Positions 16,274 to 25,207 of a DNA stretch of 32,599 bases are shown here, in pieces. The notes under the pieces are model-generated. The model searched no databases. It saw nothing but the letters and a program-made list of their open reading frames with translations, and was not told the DNA's origin. The position numbers were made by a program, and so were the translations under genes. Position 1 is the stretch's first letter; every line of letters starts with the position of its first letter. Origin of the DNA: a virus. Lineage: Duplodnaviria > Caudoviricetes. The stretch lies in IMG/VR virus record IMGVR_UViG_3300009506_000151, positions 1 to 32,599 of that record. The stretch is one strand, 5' to 3'.

Positions 16274-18792
16274 CAGCCGGATGTCTCCATTTCAGCGACA
16301 ATGCCAAGGACGGTGAAGGGCAGCGGGTCGTCATGCTCGATGCGGATGGACGTGCTATCGACCCAGCCACCATCAAACCCGATCCGCACCAGGTCGGTTT
16401 TCAGATCCGGAGTGGTGCCCATGGGATCGTCTGTCGTGCGGTAGAGAATGTCGCTCATGTGTGAGCTGTCCCGCCCGACGCGGCCGCCCATGGAGCGGTA
16501 GAGCTCGAGGTAGATCTCGCTGATGCGCTTGCGCTGCCCGCGCGCCGTGCCACCCTGCGCCCCGGCTTCGATGTCAAGCGCTTCCATCACCATGGTGTAA
16601 GGCAAGCCAACCGTGGCTTCCTCGACCGCGGTCGTGAGCGTAATCGCACCGCTCGAAACCTCCAGGCCGGATTGCACGAAGCCGTCCCCCAGAACGTCGA
16701 CCGTCTCGCCTTCGAGATGATCGAGGCCGGTGATGGATGTTGTCGAACTCCCCGAATATTGCAGTGCGCTGTCTACATAGACGCCGTCCTGCTTGGCGTC
16801 TGAATCAAGCAGCCCCCGCGTCATGTATTCGATGTAGCGGACCGTGCCCCCGTCCACGGTCCGCTTGACAGCCATCCAGACCTCGTCCCCGTAGGTACCT
16901 GGGATGACCGCGATCGACTCGACATCGACACCCGTGCCCCCGAGCGCGTGATGATGCCAGCCGACGACCTCCTGTTCCCGCTCGTAGGTCACGGCTGCAA
17001 GCTCGCCATCGGCGCGCGCCGCCCACACGATCGAGTCAGGAGATTGCTGGTAGGAGAGATTGTCGACGCCTTCTCCGGTGATGTGCTCGGAAATAATCGT
17101 CAGATCCGGCGCCACGTAGCTGTCAACGTCGAAGCTGTAGGTGAATTCCCTGAGCTTGCGCCCTTCGTTGCTTGGCACGCCATAGCGCTGCAGGAATAGC
17201 GTTGCATTTGCCACCTGCAAGGGCCGGTCGGATGACACACCGTAAGGCGTCTGTTTCACGATCCTGACGTTCGATGGCGTCAATGCTTCCTGTCTGTTGC
17301 TGGCCGATGCAGCATACTCACCGCTTGCCGTTCCGATCGCCAGCACCTTGCCGGGTGACAGCCACTGGATCACGTCAACCTTGTTGCTCGCCAGTTCGTA
17401 GACAAGCGCGTCGTTGTCTTCGGCGCCATCGGCAAAGTTTTCGAACTCGCCAGAAACGCTCCCCCAGATTTTTTGCGGCTCACTCGTGCCACCAGCTGCG
17501 AACAGACGGCTTTCGAAAAACGTGATCTCGCTCGGATAGCCGCGCTCGTCAGACCAGGCCCCTTCTTCCCAGAGCGATGTGCCGTCGACGATCACGCTTT
17601 CTGGCACATGATTGTCGCCAACAACCTTGGCCGTGACCTGCGTGGCGCTCGTGTAGGCCGTGATTTCGAGGATGCAGGACGTGTCGTGCAGGTAGACGGC
17701 ATCGTAATACTCGGCCGCATCGTTGCCGCCGTAGACCCTAACCACGCCCTTGTCCGGCCTTGGCGCATCGGCATATTGCCGCCAGTCGCCGCCGCCTGAC
17801 GACAGGTTCATGGTCCCGTAGACCTTGCTGTCAAGCGTGTATTTCGAATACTCGGAGAACAGGTAGTAGGTGCTCGACTGGAATGGCGGGATCCGCGTGT
17901 GTGGCTGCTGGCCTGGCTCATAGAGCCGGAACAGTGCCCCCACGTGATCGCTCGTGAACACGCTGTCGACCGAATAGAGCAGGATTTTTGACCCTGGCGA
18001 GAACGTATCGAACACCGTGGTGCTCGCTGTCGCCGTGCCGCCCGACACGTAGGCCGTAAATCCCGTGCCATCGATCGTGCGTTCGTCGAAGTCGTAGAGT
18101 TCGAACGTGTTCGTCGTGACGTTCTTCGCGACGTATTTGTTTGTGTTCAGCTCCGTCATGCCGGTCACAGACGTGATCGTGACCGACTGGCCTTCGTTGA
18201 AGCCGTGAGCGGTGGCCGTGATCACCACAGGATCGGCCTGCGTGGCGCCGGTAATCGTCGCGCTGCCCGTTGTGGACAGGCTGAGCTTGTTCGTCGTGTC
18301 CGTGTTGATGGTCCGGAACGGACCGCCCTCGATATCGGCATCCGTCAGCGTCCAGTCGGTATGCGAGGTCCGCGTGAGCTTGGCGATTGGATGGCTCGTG
18401 TGCGCGATGAACAGCGTGTCTGCACTCTGCGCAAAGCTCAGGTTGTCGATTTCGCTCGAGCTGTAGGTTGTCGTGACCTCAACCGGAGAACCGCCGCTCT
18501 GGATCTGCCCGCCGTCCCTGTAGAACCTGATATAGAGCGGTCCGAACTCGAGCACATAGGCCTGCGTCGTGCTGAACTGAAACTCGACCAGCCGAACCGC
18601 ATTGGCCGAACTCTTGACCTCTGCAACGTGCATCGTGCCAGGGCGCTTCTTGACCCCACCGTGCGGCATGACAATGCCGTTCTGCAGCGTTTTCAGGCCG
18701 TTCCGATAGCGGTTGATGTCAACCCGCGCGTCGAGCCTTGGGGAAAGCTCGCCCGCGGTGAAGTTGTTTAACAGCTGATGAACGCGCGCCAT
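16273..18792 (-). CDS. tail tubular protein B (nozzle) with inserted E1-FCCH-like domain
   Basis: NFTAGELSPRL...PHGGVKKRPGT, GYPSEITFFESRL, GLDHLEGETV. Likely start MARVHQ at 18792. Confidence 0.88.
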   Translation of the reverse strand: MARVHQLLNNFTAGELSPRLDARVDINRYRNGLKTLQNGIVMPHGGVKKRPGTMHVAEVKSSANAVRLVEFQFSTTQAYVLEFGPLYIRFYRDGGQIQSGGSPVEVTTTYSSSEIDNLSFAQSADTLFIAHTSHPIAKLTRTSHTDWTLTDADIEGGPFRTINTDTTNKLSLSTTGSATITGATQADPVVITATAHGFNEGQSVTITSVTGMTELNTNKYVAKNVTTNTFELYDFDERTIDGTGFTAYVSGGTATASTTVFDTFSPGSKILLYSVDSVFTSDHVGALFRLYEPGQQPHTRIPPFQSSTYYLFSEYSKYTLDSKVYGTMNLSSGGGDWRQYADAPRPDKGVVRVYGGNDAAEYYDAVYLHDTSCILEITAYTSATQVTAKVVGDNHVPESVIVDGTSLWEEGAWSDERGYPSEITFFESRLFAAGGTSEPQKIWGSVSGEFENFADGAEDNDALVYELASNKVDVIQWLSPGKVLAIGTASGEYAASASNRQEALTPSNVRIVKQTPYGVSSDRPLQVANATLFLQRYGVPSNEGRKLREFTYSFDVDSYVAPDLTIISEHITGEGVDNLSYQQSPDSIVWAARADGELAAVTYEREQEVVGWHHHALGGTGVDVESIAVIPGTYGDEVWMAVKRTVDGGTVRYIEYMTRGLLDSDAKQDGVYVDSALQYSGSSTTSITGLDHLEGETVDVLGDGFVQSGLEVSSGAITLTTAVEEATVGLPYTMVMEALDIEAGAQGGTARGQRKRISEIYLELYRSMGGRVGRDSSHMSDILYRTTDDPMGTTPDLKTDLVRIGFDGGWVDSTSIRIEHDDPLPFTVLGIVAEMETSG

Positions 18793-19418
18793 CAGAAGCG
18801 AGCCGCGATCCACGCATCAGCGATCATGTCACGCGCCGTGCCTTCCTGGGCATCGCTCGACGTGGCGTCCCGCCATTTCATCTCAAAGATTTGCCAGAGC
18901 CGTTCGTTCAAGGCGCTGTTCTGCGTGATCGGATAGCAGACCTCGCACGCCAGCCGCTGCGCCAGCAGATCGACAAACAGCGGATCGAACTGAGCCACAT
19001 CCGTGACCTTGGACACATACTCGATGGAACACGTGCTTTCGTCCGTGACGATGCAGCGTTGCCCGCCAACGATCTCGATGCGGTACTGATCCGGCGCGAT
19101 GTACTGTCCAACCTGCGCGTCGAAGTAGGTCACAACCCCAATCTCGTTGTAGGTGTTGACCATCTTCAGGAAATCGTCAGGCAACGGGTAAGCGTAAGTG
19201 TACTCGTGATTGGGCGCCGTGCTCGATGCCGCAAGCGTGGCCCGGGCGATCGCCCAATTCCATGGATGCGCTCGAAGCAGAAGGTCGCGCGTCGGCTCGT
19301 AGTGAGCCCGCATCACGCGGCCTTCCTTGGTCTGGTCTGTGGCGAGCGACGACAGCTCATAGTGACCGAGTCTTGTTAGCGCCAGATTAGCAATCTGCGT
19401 CTCGGACGTGGCCGCCAT
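18792..19418 (-). CDS. tail tubular protein A (adaptor)
   Basis: IANLALTRLG...LLRAHPWNWA...YAYPLPDDFL...FDPLFVDLLA. Confidence 0.88.
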   Translation of the reverse strand: MAATSETQIANLALTRLGHYELSSLATDQTKEGRVMRAHYEPTRDLLLRAHPWNWAIARATLAASSTAPNHEYTYAYPLPDDFLKMVNTYNEIGVVTYFDAQVGQYIAPDQYRIEIVGGQRCIVTDESTCSIEYVSKVTDVAQFDPLFVDLLAQRLACEVCYPITQNSALNERLWQIFEMKWRDATSSDAQEGTARDMIADAWIAARF

Positions 19419-19428
19419 CGCTCAGACC

Positions 19429-19941
19429 TCAGTTGCAGGTGTAGAAGATTTCGCCCTGAATGGTCCCGCCCGAGTCGCAGGCGGCATCCAGAAGGGAAAT
19501 CTTGATGTCGAGCATGCCGCCGGGGTCGCTCGTCTGGGAGGCGACGTGATCCCAAAGCGGCAAGTGGACATTGTCGATGGTCTTGATGAACGACGAACGG
19601 CGGGTTGCCGTTGCCGCATCGAGTCCATCGTTGATGGCATCGGCATCATCCGTGATCGGGCTGTCCGTCCGATACGATGGAGTGAACACGCCGATGTCGA
19701 GCGTCGGTGAACCCGTCGTCGCAAGGTCATCCCAGCTCATGTAGGAGAGATCCGAGAGCCGTGCCGAAGACGGGAGCGTGGCAATCAGGTAGGTGGACGT
19801 GGCCGAAGCGGCCGCGCTCATTTCCACCTTGAATGCCAAGCGGTGGAGGATGCCGCCGCCAAGGCCAGGTGCAGCGAGATCGACTGGAACATTGTCCAAC
19901 CCATCCATCACCAGGCTTTCAACAAGATTTTCAACTGCCAT
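19429..19941 (-). CDS. capsid decoration/cement-like protein
   Basis: Beta-rich, 170 aa, directly after the MCP; TLDIG motif. The ORF track's alternative 19422-19730 is not convincing. Confidence 0.6.
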   Translation of the reverse strand: MAVENLVESLVMDGLDNVPVDLAAPGLGGGILHRLAFKVEMSAAASATSTYLIATLPSSARLSDLSYMSWDDLATTGSPTLDIGVFTPSYRTDSPITDDADAINDGLDAATATRRSSFIKTIDNVHLPLWDHVASQTSDPGGMLDIKISLLDAACDSGGTIQGEIFYTCN

Positions 19942-19954
19942 TGTTCAATCCTCC

Positions 19955-20860
19955 TTACGCGCCAGTCGCGCCGCTCGTCGGATCGCACTCGATGTAGCCC
20001 ACCATGCCTTCCTGCATGCGGACCGCACCGATATCCATCGAGGTGTAGATCTGGAGCGAGTAGTGGTATTCCGGCAGCCGGTCCATGCGGGTGGACACAT
20101 CCTGGTGCATGCCCAGGATGATGCCGCGCTTGTGCCAGTACCAGACCTTGTCGTCCGAGTTGCTATCCGTCCCGATGTATTCGGAATGGACAAACGTGAA
20201 GCCCATGAAGGTGTTGATGTCACCTTGGACGAGAGACTTCACACTGTTGTAGTCGGCGCTTGTTGCGAGCGTCGAACCGAGCAGGGATTCCATCTGTGCA
20301 GCGTTGTAGACGAGGAAGCGGTCGCCAGGCGGCACATGGTTAGCGTCCATGTTCTTCTTGGCCCGGCGCAGCTTGGCGACGTTGAGGCCGGCGTCGGCCG
20401 CCGTCACGCCTTCGTCAACCACCTGCACGTCCACCGTCATGTTGGAATCGTAGCTCGTCGAAGACGAGCCATCCTTGCCGGTGTAGGCGGTCCCGCCGGC
20501 CGCGGCGATAATCACCTCGTCCATCTTCTTGCCGAGAGCATCAGACTGAGACTTGGCGTATTCTGGCGCGAAGTTCGCCAGCATCCGCATCTCGTCTTCC
20601 TTGTCGAGAAGATCGGCATCATAGATGGTCTGGGCTGCCACCATGCGCCGGCTATGCGGCGTATCGGTGTAGTTGACCTTGGAGTGGCGGCCCGATTTGA
20701 TCTGGGCGGTTTTGGCTCCGATCTGTTCGAAGAAGTCCTTCTCGCCCTTCATGTCCCGGATGGTCACGGTGTTCCGCAGCATCGAGCCTTCTTGCCGAAG
20801 CAGGCGCTCAACACGGCTGGAATAGCCGTTGATCATCGCGGTCGTGACATTCACGCTCAT
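19955..20860 (-). CDS. major capsid protein
   Basis: LLRQEGSMLR...DTPHSRR...TSADYNSVKSLVQGDINTFMGFTF...GAVRMQE; AAGGA RBS; strong codon bias. Confidence 0.9.
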   Translation of the reverse strand: MSVNVTTAMINGYSSRVERLLRQEGSMLRNTVTIRDMKGEKDFFEQIGAKTAQIKSGRHSKVNYTDTPHSRRMVAAQTIYDADLLDKEDEMRMLANFAPEYAKSQSDALGKKMDEVIIAAAGGTAYTGKDGSSSTSYDSNMTVDVQVVDEGVTAADAGLNVAKLRRAKKNMDANHVPPGDRFLVYNAAQMESLLGSTLATSADYNSVKSLVQGDINTFMGFTFVHSEYIGTDSNSDDKVWYWHKRGIILGMHQDVSTRMDRLPEYHYSLQIYTSMDIGAVRMQEGMVGYIECDPTSGATGA

Positions 20861-21108
20861 TGCGATGGTCCTTGATGTGTTTCAGCTGGGGTTGTCGAGG
20901 TATCCGGGATCGGGCTCGATTTACGCGGTATACCAGGACCTCGCTTGGCCGTTTGCTGCGGGTCCGCAATGGAGTGTCCGCCGGCCAAGATCCAGTCCTC
21001 CAGCGCTGCTGCCTTTGGCAGATAATACGCTGGATCTGCGTTTCTGCGGTCCGCCCCGTCCGGCCAGACGAGCTTCAGCACCGCTAAGCGCAATTCTGAT
21101 TTTGTCAT
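20857..21108 (-). CDS. hypothetical protein (83 aa)
   Basis: ATGA overlaps at both ends; ELRLAVLKL...AAALEDWIL. Confidence 0.6.
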   Translation of the reverse strand: MTKSELRLAVLKLVWPDGADRRNADPAYYLPKAAALEDWILAGGHSIADPQQTAKRGPGIPRKSSPIPDTSTTPAETHQGPSQ

Positions 21109-21968
21109 GCAGCATCATCCTTGTAGAGCCGTTCGTAGAGCCCACGGAGATGCGCGTTGTGCTTCTTGAAGTCGGGATGATCGGGATCGTCGATCGCCTT
21201 GCCGTACTTCTCGATGTAGTCGTCGATTTCCCGCTGGAGATCGGCCGGCGTTGCCACCGATGCCGGGCCTTCCAGCTTGCGATCTCCCATCATCGCCTGG
21301 CCGACCTTGGCCCACATGCGGATGGTCTGCGGGTCGTTGTCCTGGCCGGTGTCCTCGAGGTGCTTCAGGTAGACCGGATCCGCAAATTCACGGAGCGCCG
21401 CCTTGGCTTGGTTCAGGAATGCCGGATAATTCTCGCCCTGCTCGCGCTGAAGCGTCTTCAGCGCTTCTTCCTTGGCCGCCGTGCGGACCTTGCCCCATTC
21501 CCCGATCTGCTCGAGACGGTTCTGCACGAGCGCTTCATAGGCTTCCGCTGCCTGCTTGTTGTTCAGGCCGAGCCCATGCGCGACTTGCCGGAAATGCTTC
21601 TCCTCATCCTCGGAATATTGCGCGTCGACGCCTTCCGGGAGTTCAGGCTTCTTCAGCTCGTAGGCGTCAGGCGTCTCAGGCCGGCCGAGCTTGGTGTAGA
21701 CCTCACCCCAGTCTTCCTCGCTCTGCGGCATCACGATCTTGTCGCGGCCGATCATCTCCGAGGCATGCACGTAGCTCTTGGCGAGCGTTTCAGGATCGAT
21801 GTGGCCTTGCTCGTCCGCCAGCTTGGCGAGCGACGGCGAAGACCGCAGGCTTTCGTCCTGGAAATTCGTCAATAAAAAACGCCCCTCGGAGGGGGCGCTT
21901 GGTGGTTCGGGAGGCGGCGCGCTCGGTTCTGGTGCGTTCAGGCCTTCCGTCAATAGTCCTTCACTCAT
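21105..21968 (-). CDS. capsid assembly scaffolding protein
   Basis: LAKSYVHASEMIG...YTKLGRPETPDAYEL...DPDHPDF; acidic and helical; between portal and MCP. Confidence 0.85.
   Translation of the reverse strand: MSEGLLTEGLNAPEPSAPPPEPPSAPSEGRFLLTNFQDESLRSSPSLAKLADEQGHIDPETLAKSYVHASEMIGRDKIVMPQSEEDWGEVYTKLGRPETPDAYELKKPELPEGVDAQYSEDEEKHFRQVAHGLGLNNKQAAEAYEALVQNRLEQIGEWGKVRTAAKEEALKTLQREQGENYPAFLNQAKAALREFADPVYLKHLEDTGQDNDPQTIRMWAKVGQAMMGDRKLEGPASVATPADLQREIDDYIEKYGKAIDDPDHPDFKKHNAHLRGLYERLYKDDAA
21871..21900 (-). terminator. intrinsic terminator inside the 5' end of the scaffold gene
   Basis: Minus strand AAGCGCCCC-CTCCGA-GGGGCGTTTTTTATT. Confidence 0.7.
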
Positions 21969-22231
21969 GGTTGCTCCCAATCATAAACGCGGGAAAGGAT
22001 TTCCTCGTCATCCTTCGCCCGCTTCACAAAATCACTCGGCGTCACGTTGAGCTTCTGGGCGATGTGCAGAGCCACGTTGCGCGCGCCCGTCAGCATCGCC
22101 AGCCGTATCGGATCGGTCTCCGTTACAACGTCGTAGACGCCGCACACAGTCATCAGATCAGCGAGGACTCTTTGCCCTTCCGGCGTGTCGAATGCCCGCA
22201 TATAGTCCGCTACTAGGGGATCTTCAGTCAC
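21965..22231 (-). CDS. Bbp19-like phage protein
   Basis: DYMRAFDTPEGQRVLADL...GARNVALHI; position between portal and scaffold. Confidence 0.75.
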   Translation of the reverse strand: MTEDPLVADYMRAFDTPEGQRVLADLMTVCGVYDVVTETDPIRLAMLTGARNVALHIAQKLNVTPSDFVKRAKDDEEILSRVYDWEQP

Positions 22232-22245
22232 GTAAGGATATTTCC

Positions 22246-22347
22246 ATGTGGTTCATTGCTGGCGCTCTTTCCTGCGCCGCCGCTTTGCTCATCATCGGCC
22301 TGACCGTCGTCGTCACACGCATGGACAAGCCTGACGATCCATTCTAG
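22246..22347 (+). CDS. 33-aa single-TM peptide antisense to the late operon
   Basis: TAAGGA RBS; MWFIAGALSCAAALLIIGLTVVVTRMDKPDDPF. Confidence 0.5.
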   Translation: MWFIAGALSCAAALLIIGLTVVVTRMDKPDDPF

Positions 22348-22507
22348 GCCTTGGGTATGGATTCCAGCCAAATACGCGAGACCATCGCGCTACGCTGAAG
22401 CTGTCCAGACGACGTTCGTCAATGTCGCGTGTGGTGATCACTCGGCCTGTTTCCTTGTCGACAAACACGCCGCGTTCTTCATCCCATTCCGTCGTGATAA
22501 GCTTCAC
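22313..22507 (-). CDS. hypothetical protein (64 aa)
   Basis: GTGA overlap with the portal stop; GGAGG upstream. Confidence 0.5.
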   Translation of the reverse strand: MKLITTEWDEERGVFVDKETGRVITTRDIDERRLDSFSVARWSRVFGWNPYPRPRMDRQACPCV

Positions 22508-24291
22508 GCGGCCTCCGCTTCCATCCCGGCCAGAATATCGTCAATCGACTGACCCTGAGGCATGCCTTGCGGAGCCTGCGCTTCTGCGGCCTGTGTCGGC
22601 GCCTGGCCTGCCATGGCCATCATCTGGTTTAGATCGACGCCGCCGGCGTTCTGCGCGTCTCCAAGATCCTTCATGGCCCGTGCGCCTTGGGCCGCGGCCT
22701 GCGCCACCTTCGGCGCCTGCTCGGTCGCCATCATCGACTGTTCCTGCTGCTTACGCTCTTCCATGGCCTCGTCCGTCAGCATCAGGCTCGGCTCGACGTT
22801 GAACAGATCCCAGCCGTATTTGGCGGCTGCATCGAAGTCAGTCCGCTTGGCCAGCTCCATGAGGCCCTGCTCGCCAAAGATACCGAACATCTGCGCGACC
22901 TTGGCGAAGCCTTCCGCCTCGGTCTGCTTCTGTGCCGTAGCGATCGGGCTCACATATTCGACGGTCCACTCATGTTTGGCGAGGGATTCAGGGACTTCGA
23001 GGTCATCGAACTTGCCCTGACGGTTCAGAATGCCATAGACCCGCGTGATCAGCGGCCCAAGCATTTCAGCCTCGAGCCGACCGATGATCGGACCCATAAG
23101 CCGCATGCGTTCCTGCGTCCTCTGCATGACTTCCGTGGCCGTCATCTTGGCGTCAGGCTGGAACATTTGCAGGACGTCGACATGAAACGTGGTCCGGATC
23201 CGGTTCCGCACCTGCTCCATGATATCCATCGTGATCGGGAGCTTGTCCGGCGTCGGCATAGGCACGATGTCCTGCCCGCGGCCCTTGTAGAAGTTCACGC
23301 CACCCGGAACGATGCGGATCTGCTTGCCGAATGTGCCATCGCTGGGCAGGAACAACGGCGGATCGGTCGCCTTCTGGGCTGCCTTGATCAGGCTGAGCGA
23401 CATCTGCTGCAGCATCTTGATGTCAGGCAGCGCGGTCATTGCGGGAGAGCGGCCGTAGATCTCGTTGGCCAGCTTCTGCCAGCGCGGCACCAGGTATGGG
23501 AATTCGTCGACGCCGCCCTCTTTGAGCAGGTGAGACGTTTCCCACTCGAAGTAGAGGCTTTCAAAGGCTTTGTTTTTTGCGTCCTTGCGGTCGTAATCCC
23601 GCACCCTGCGCTTGCCGACCAGGTGGATCACCTTGACATTGTCGTCCCATTTGCCGTCTTGGTACTTCTCCTGCACCTTTTCGCTTGGGGGCATCCATCC
23701 ATCACCACGGCTTGCAAGCTCCATGAGCTGGACGACCGTATATTCCGTGCAGCGATAGACGGTGTCCACCACGCCGTCGGCATTCTCTGCCACGACGATC
23801 TCGTTCAGCGTGCGCGCCTGAAACAGGATCTTCCCATCATCGCGCTCGCCTACGAATATGCAGCCCGTCCCGAATGATCCCAGGTCGTGATAGCACTCGT
23901 GCAGGCTGGTCGTGAGCTGCGTCCCGGGCGAGTAGATCTCGGCCCACATGCGATCCTCAACGGTCGAGAGGTATTCCATCACCTCCATGTCGTCGTTGAG
24001 CTCGTCGGTCACGAGACGCAGGGAGAACCATTTGGCTGCAGGATTGGTCGCCATGCCATGCATGCCGGCCGCAAGCAGGTCATTCGCGTGAATGGCCGTG
24101 GGATCGAAGACCCTGGCCATCTTCTTCTCACCGCGCTGCTTGCCACCCAGAAACCCGTCCTTCCTGGGGCTCACAAGCTCAGCGATCTCTTCCCAATGAC
24201 TTTCGAAGTGGGACCGCTCGTCCGACGCCCTCAACGCATCATAGCGCTTCTTGTGCTGCTTGATGCGGGGATCGGCGGCTTCTTCTTCCAT
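22504..24291 (-). CDS. portal protein (T7 gp8-like head-tail connector)
   Basis: FDPTAIHANDLLAAGM...DLGSFGTG...PRWQKLANEIYGRSP...MTATEVMQR...VEYVSPIA. Confidence 0.93.
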   Translation of the reverse strand: MEEEAADPRIKQHKKRYDALRASDERSHFESHWEEIAELVSPRKDGFLGGKQRGEKKMARVFDPTAIHANDLLAAGMHGMATNPAAKWFSLRLVTDELNDDMEVMEYLSTVEDRMWAEIYSPGTQLTTSLHECYHDLGSFGTGCIFVGERDDGKILFQARTLNEIVVAENADGVVDTVYRCTEYTVVQLMELASRGDGWMPPSEKVQEKYQDGKWDDNVKVIHLVGKRRVRDYDRKDAKNKAFESLYFEWETSHLLKEGGVDEFPYLVPRWQKLANEIYGRSPAMTALPDIKMLQQMSLSLIKAAQKATDPPLFLPSDGTFGKQIRIVPGGVNFYKGRGQDIVPMPTPDKLPITMDIMEQVRNRIRTTFHVDVLQMFQPDAKMTATEVMQRTQERMRLMGPIIGRLEAEMLGPLITRVYGILNRQGKFDDLEVPESLAKHEWTVEYVSPIATAQKQTEAEGFAKVAQMFGIFGEQGLMELAKRTDFDAAAKYGWDLFNVEPSLMLTDEAMEERKQQEQSMMATEQAPKVAQAAAQGARAMKDLGDAQNAGGVDLNQMMAMAGQAPTQAAEAQAPQGMPQGQSIDDILAGMEAEAA

Positions 24292-24492
24292 CTACTGGCC
24301 CAGCTTCTTCTTCGTGACTGGAGCTGCTGACGTGTCGCCGAGCGGGCTCGTGGCCACCGTTGAGGTGAAGCCTGAGTTAGCAGCTGCTGCAGCCTGGCGC
24401 TGTCGTTCCTGTACGCCTGCAATATCGCCTTCACGCTCTGTGGGAGGCGGCGGCGGCGCTTTTGGCGTGGCTGGCTTGGCGAAGCACATCAC
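24292..24492 (-). CDS. small virion protein (T7 gp6.7/7.3-like position)
   Basis: MCFAKPATPKAPPPPP...STVATSPLGD...KKKLGQ. Confidence 0.7.
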   Translation of the reverse strand: MMCFAKPATPKAPPPPPTEREGDIAGVQERQRQAAAAANSGFTSTVATSPLGDTSAAPVTKKKLGQ

Positions 24493-24698
24493 ATTGCTCC
24501 TGCGGGTTTGGCGGCCGTGGTCGATCCCGTCGAGCCAAGCTCGCCCCCAAGGCTCGTGCCGGTCGTCTGCGTCGTGGTGCCATCACCGCGCCGGTACTGC
24601 TCGTTGCGCGTCTTGTACCAGTCCTGATATACGGGATCTTGCGTCGGGTCGGATGGGGCTGCCGCCGATCCGCCTTTAGATTTGCTGCCGAAGCACAT
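24489..24698 (-). CDS. small virion-associated protein
   Basis: Likely start MCFGSKSKGG at 24698. Confidence 0.6.
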   Translation of the reverse strand: MCFGSKSKGGSAAAPSDPTQDPVYQDWYKTRNEQYRRGDGTTTQTTGTSLGGELGSTGSTTAAKPAGAM

Positions 24699-25207
24699 TA
24701 GCTCACCCTCTCTGCAACCTGCGAGTTGCGTCCCCAAATCCAGACAAAGCGTTGATAGCTTGAGCCGTCCTTGCCGAAGCAGGCCATCGGCGGCCCTTCC
24801 TCGACCGCGCCCAATGCGCGAAGCATCTTGTGGGCTTCGTCATGCCCCATGCGGCTATCGCACTGAAGGCGCTGGCCACCGTGGTTGGCCACGAGATCCT
24901 TGATCTGCCTGCGTGCCCACTGCATGAGCGTAACCGCGACCTTCGGCAGGTCGTCAGTCCCGAACATCATGATTTCCCAGAGGCCCGTGTGCGTCTCACG
25001 GAAGGCGCAGAGGCCGGCCGGCTTGGGCCCAACATAGGCCACCACACCGCGCCCTTCGGCCTTGATCATCGTGTAGGCTTCGTAGGCCAGGCGATACCAG
25101 CTGTCATGAGAGCGGATGTTGTAGATCTCTTCGGCATCGATCCGGCGAAGATTGAGGCATATGTACTGGACGGCCGGCAGCGTGATCTCGCTCACCACGG
25201 CCGCCAT
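24698..25207 (-). CDS. GNAT-fold protein (T7 gp13-like)
   Basis: NLRRIDAEEI...WEIMMFGTD...RLQCDSRMGHDEAHKMLRALGAVEEG...FGKDGSSY. Confidence 0.7.
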   Translation of the reverse strand: MAAVVSEITLPAVQYICLNLRRIDAEEIYNIRSHDSWYRLAYEAYTMIKAEGRGVVAYVGPKPAGLCAFRETHTGLWEIMMFGTDDLPKVAVTLMQWARRQIKDLVANHGGQRLQCDSRMGHDEAHKMLRALGAVEEGPPMACFGKDGSSYQRFVWIWGRNSQVAERVS

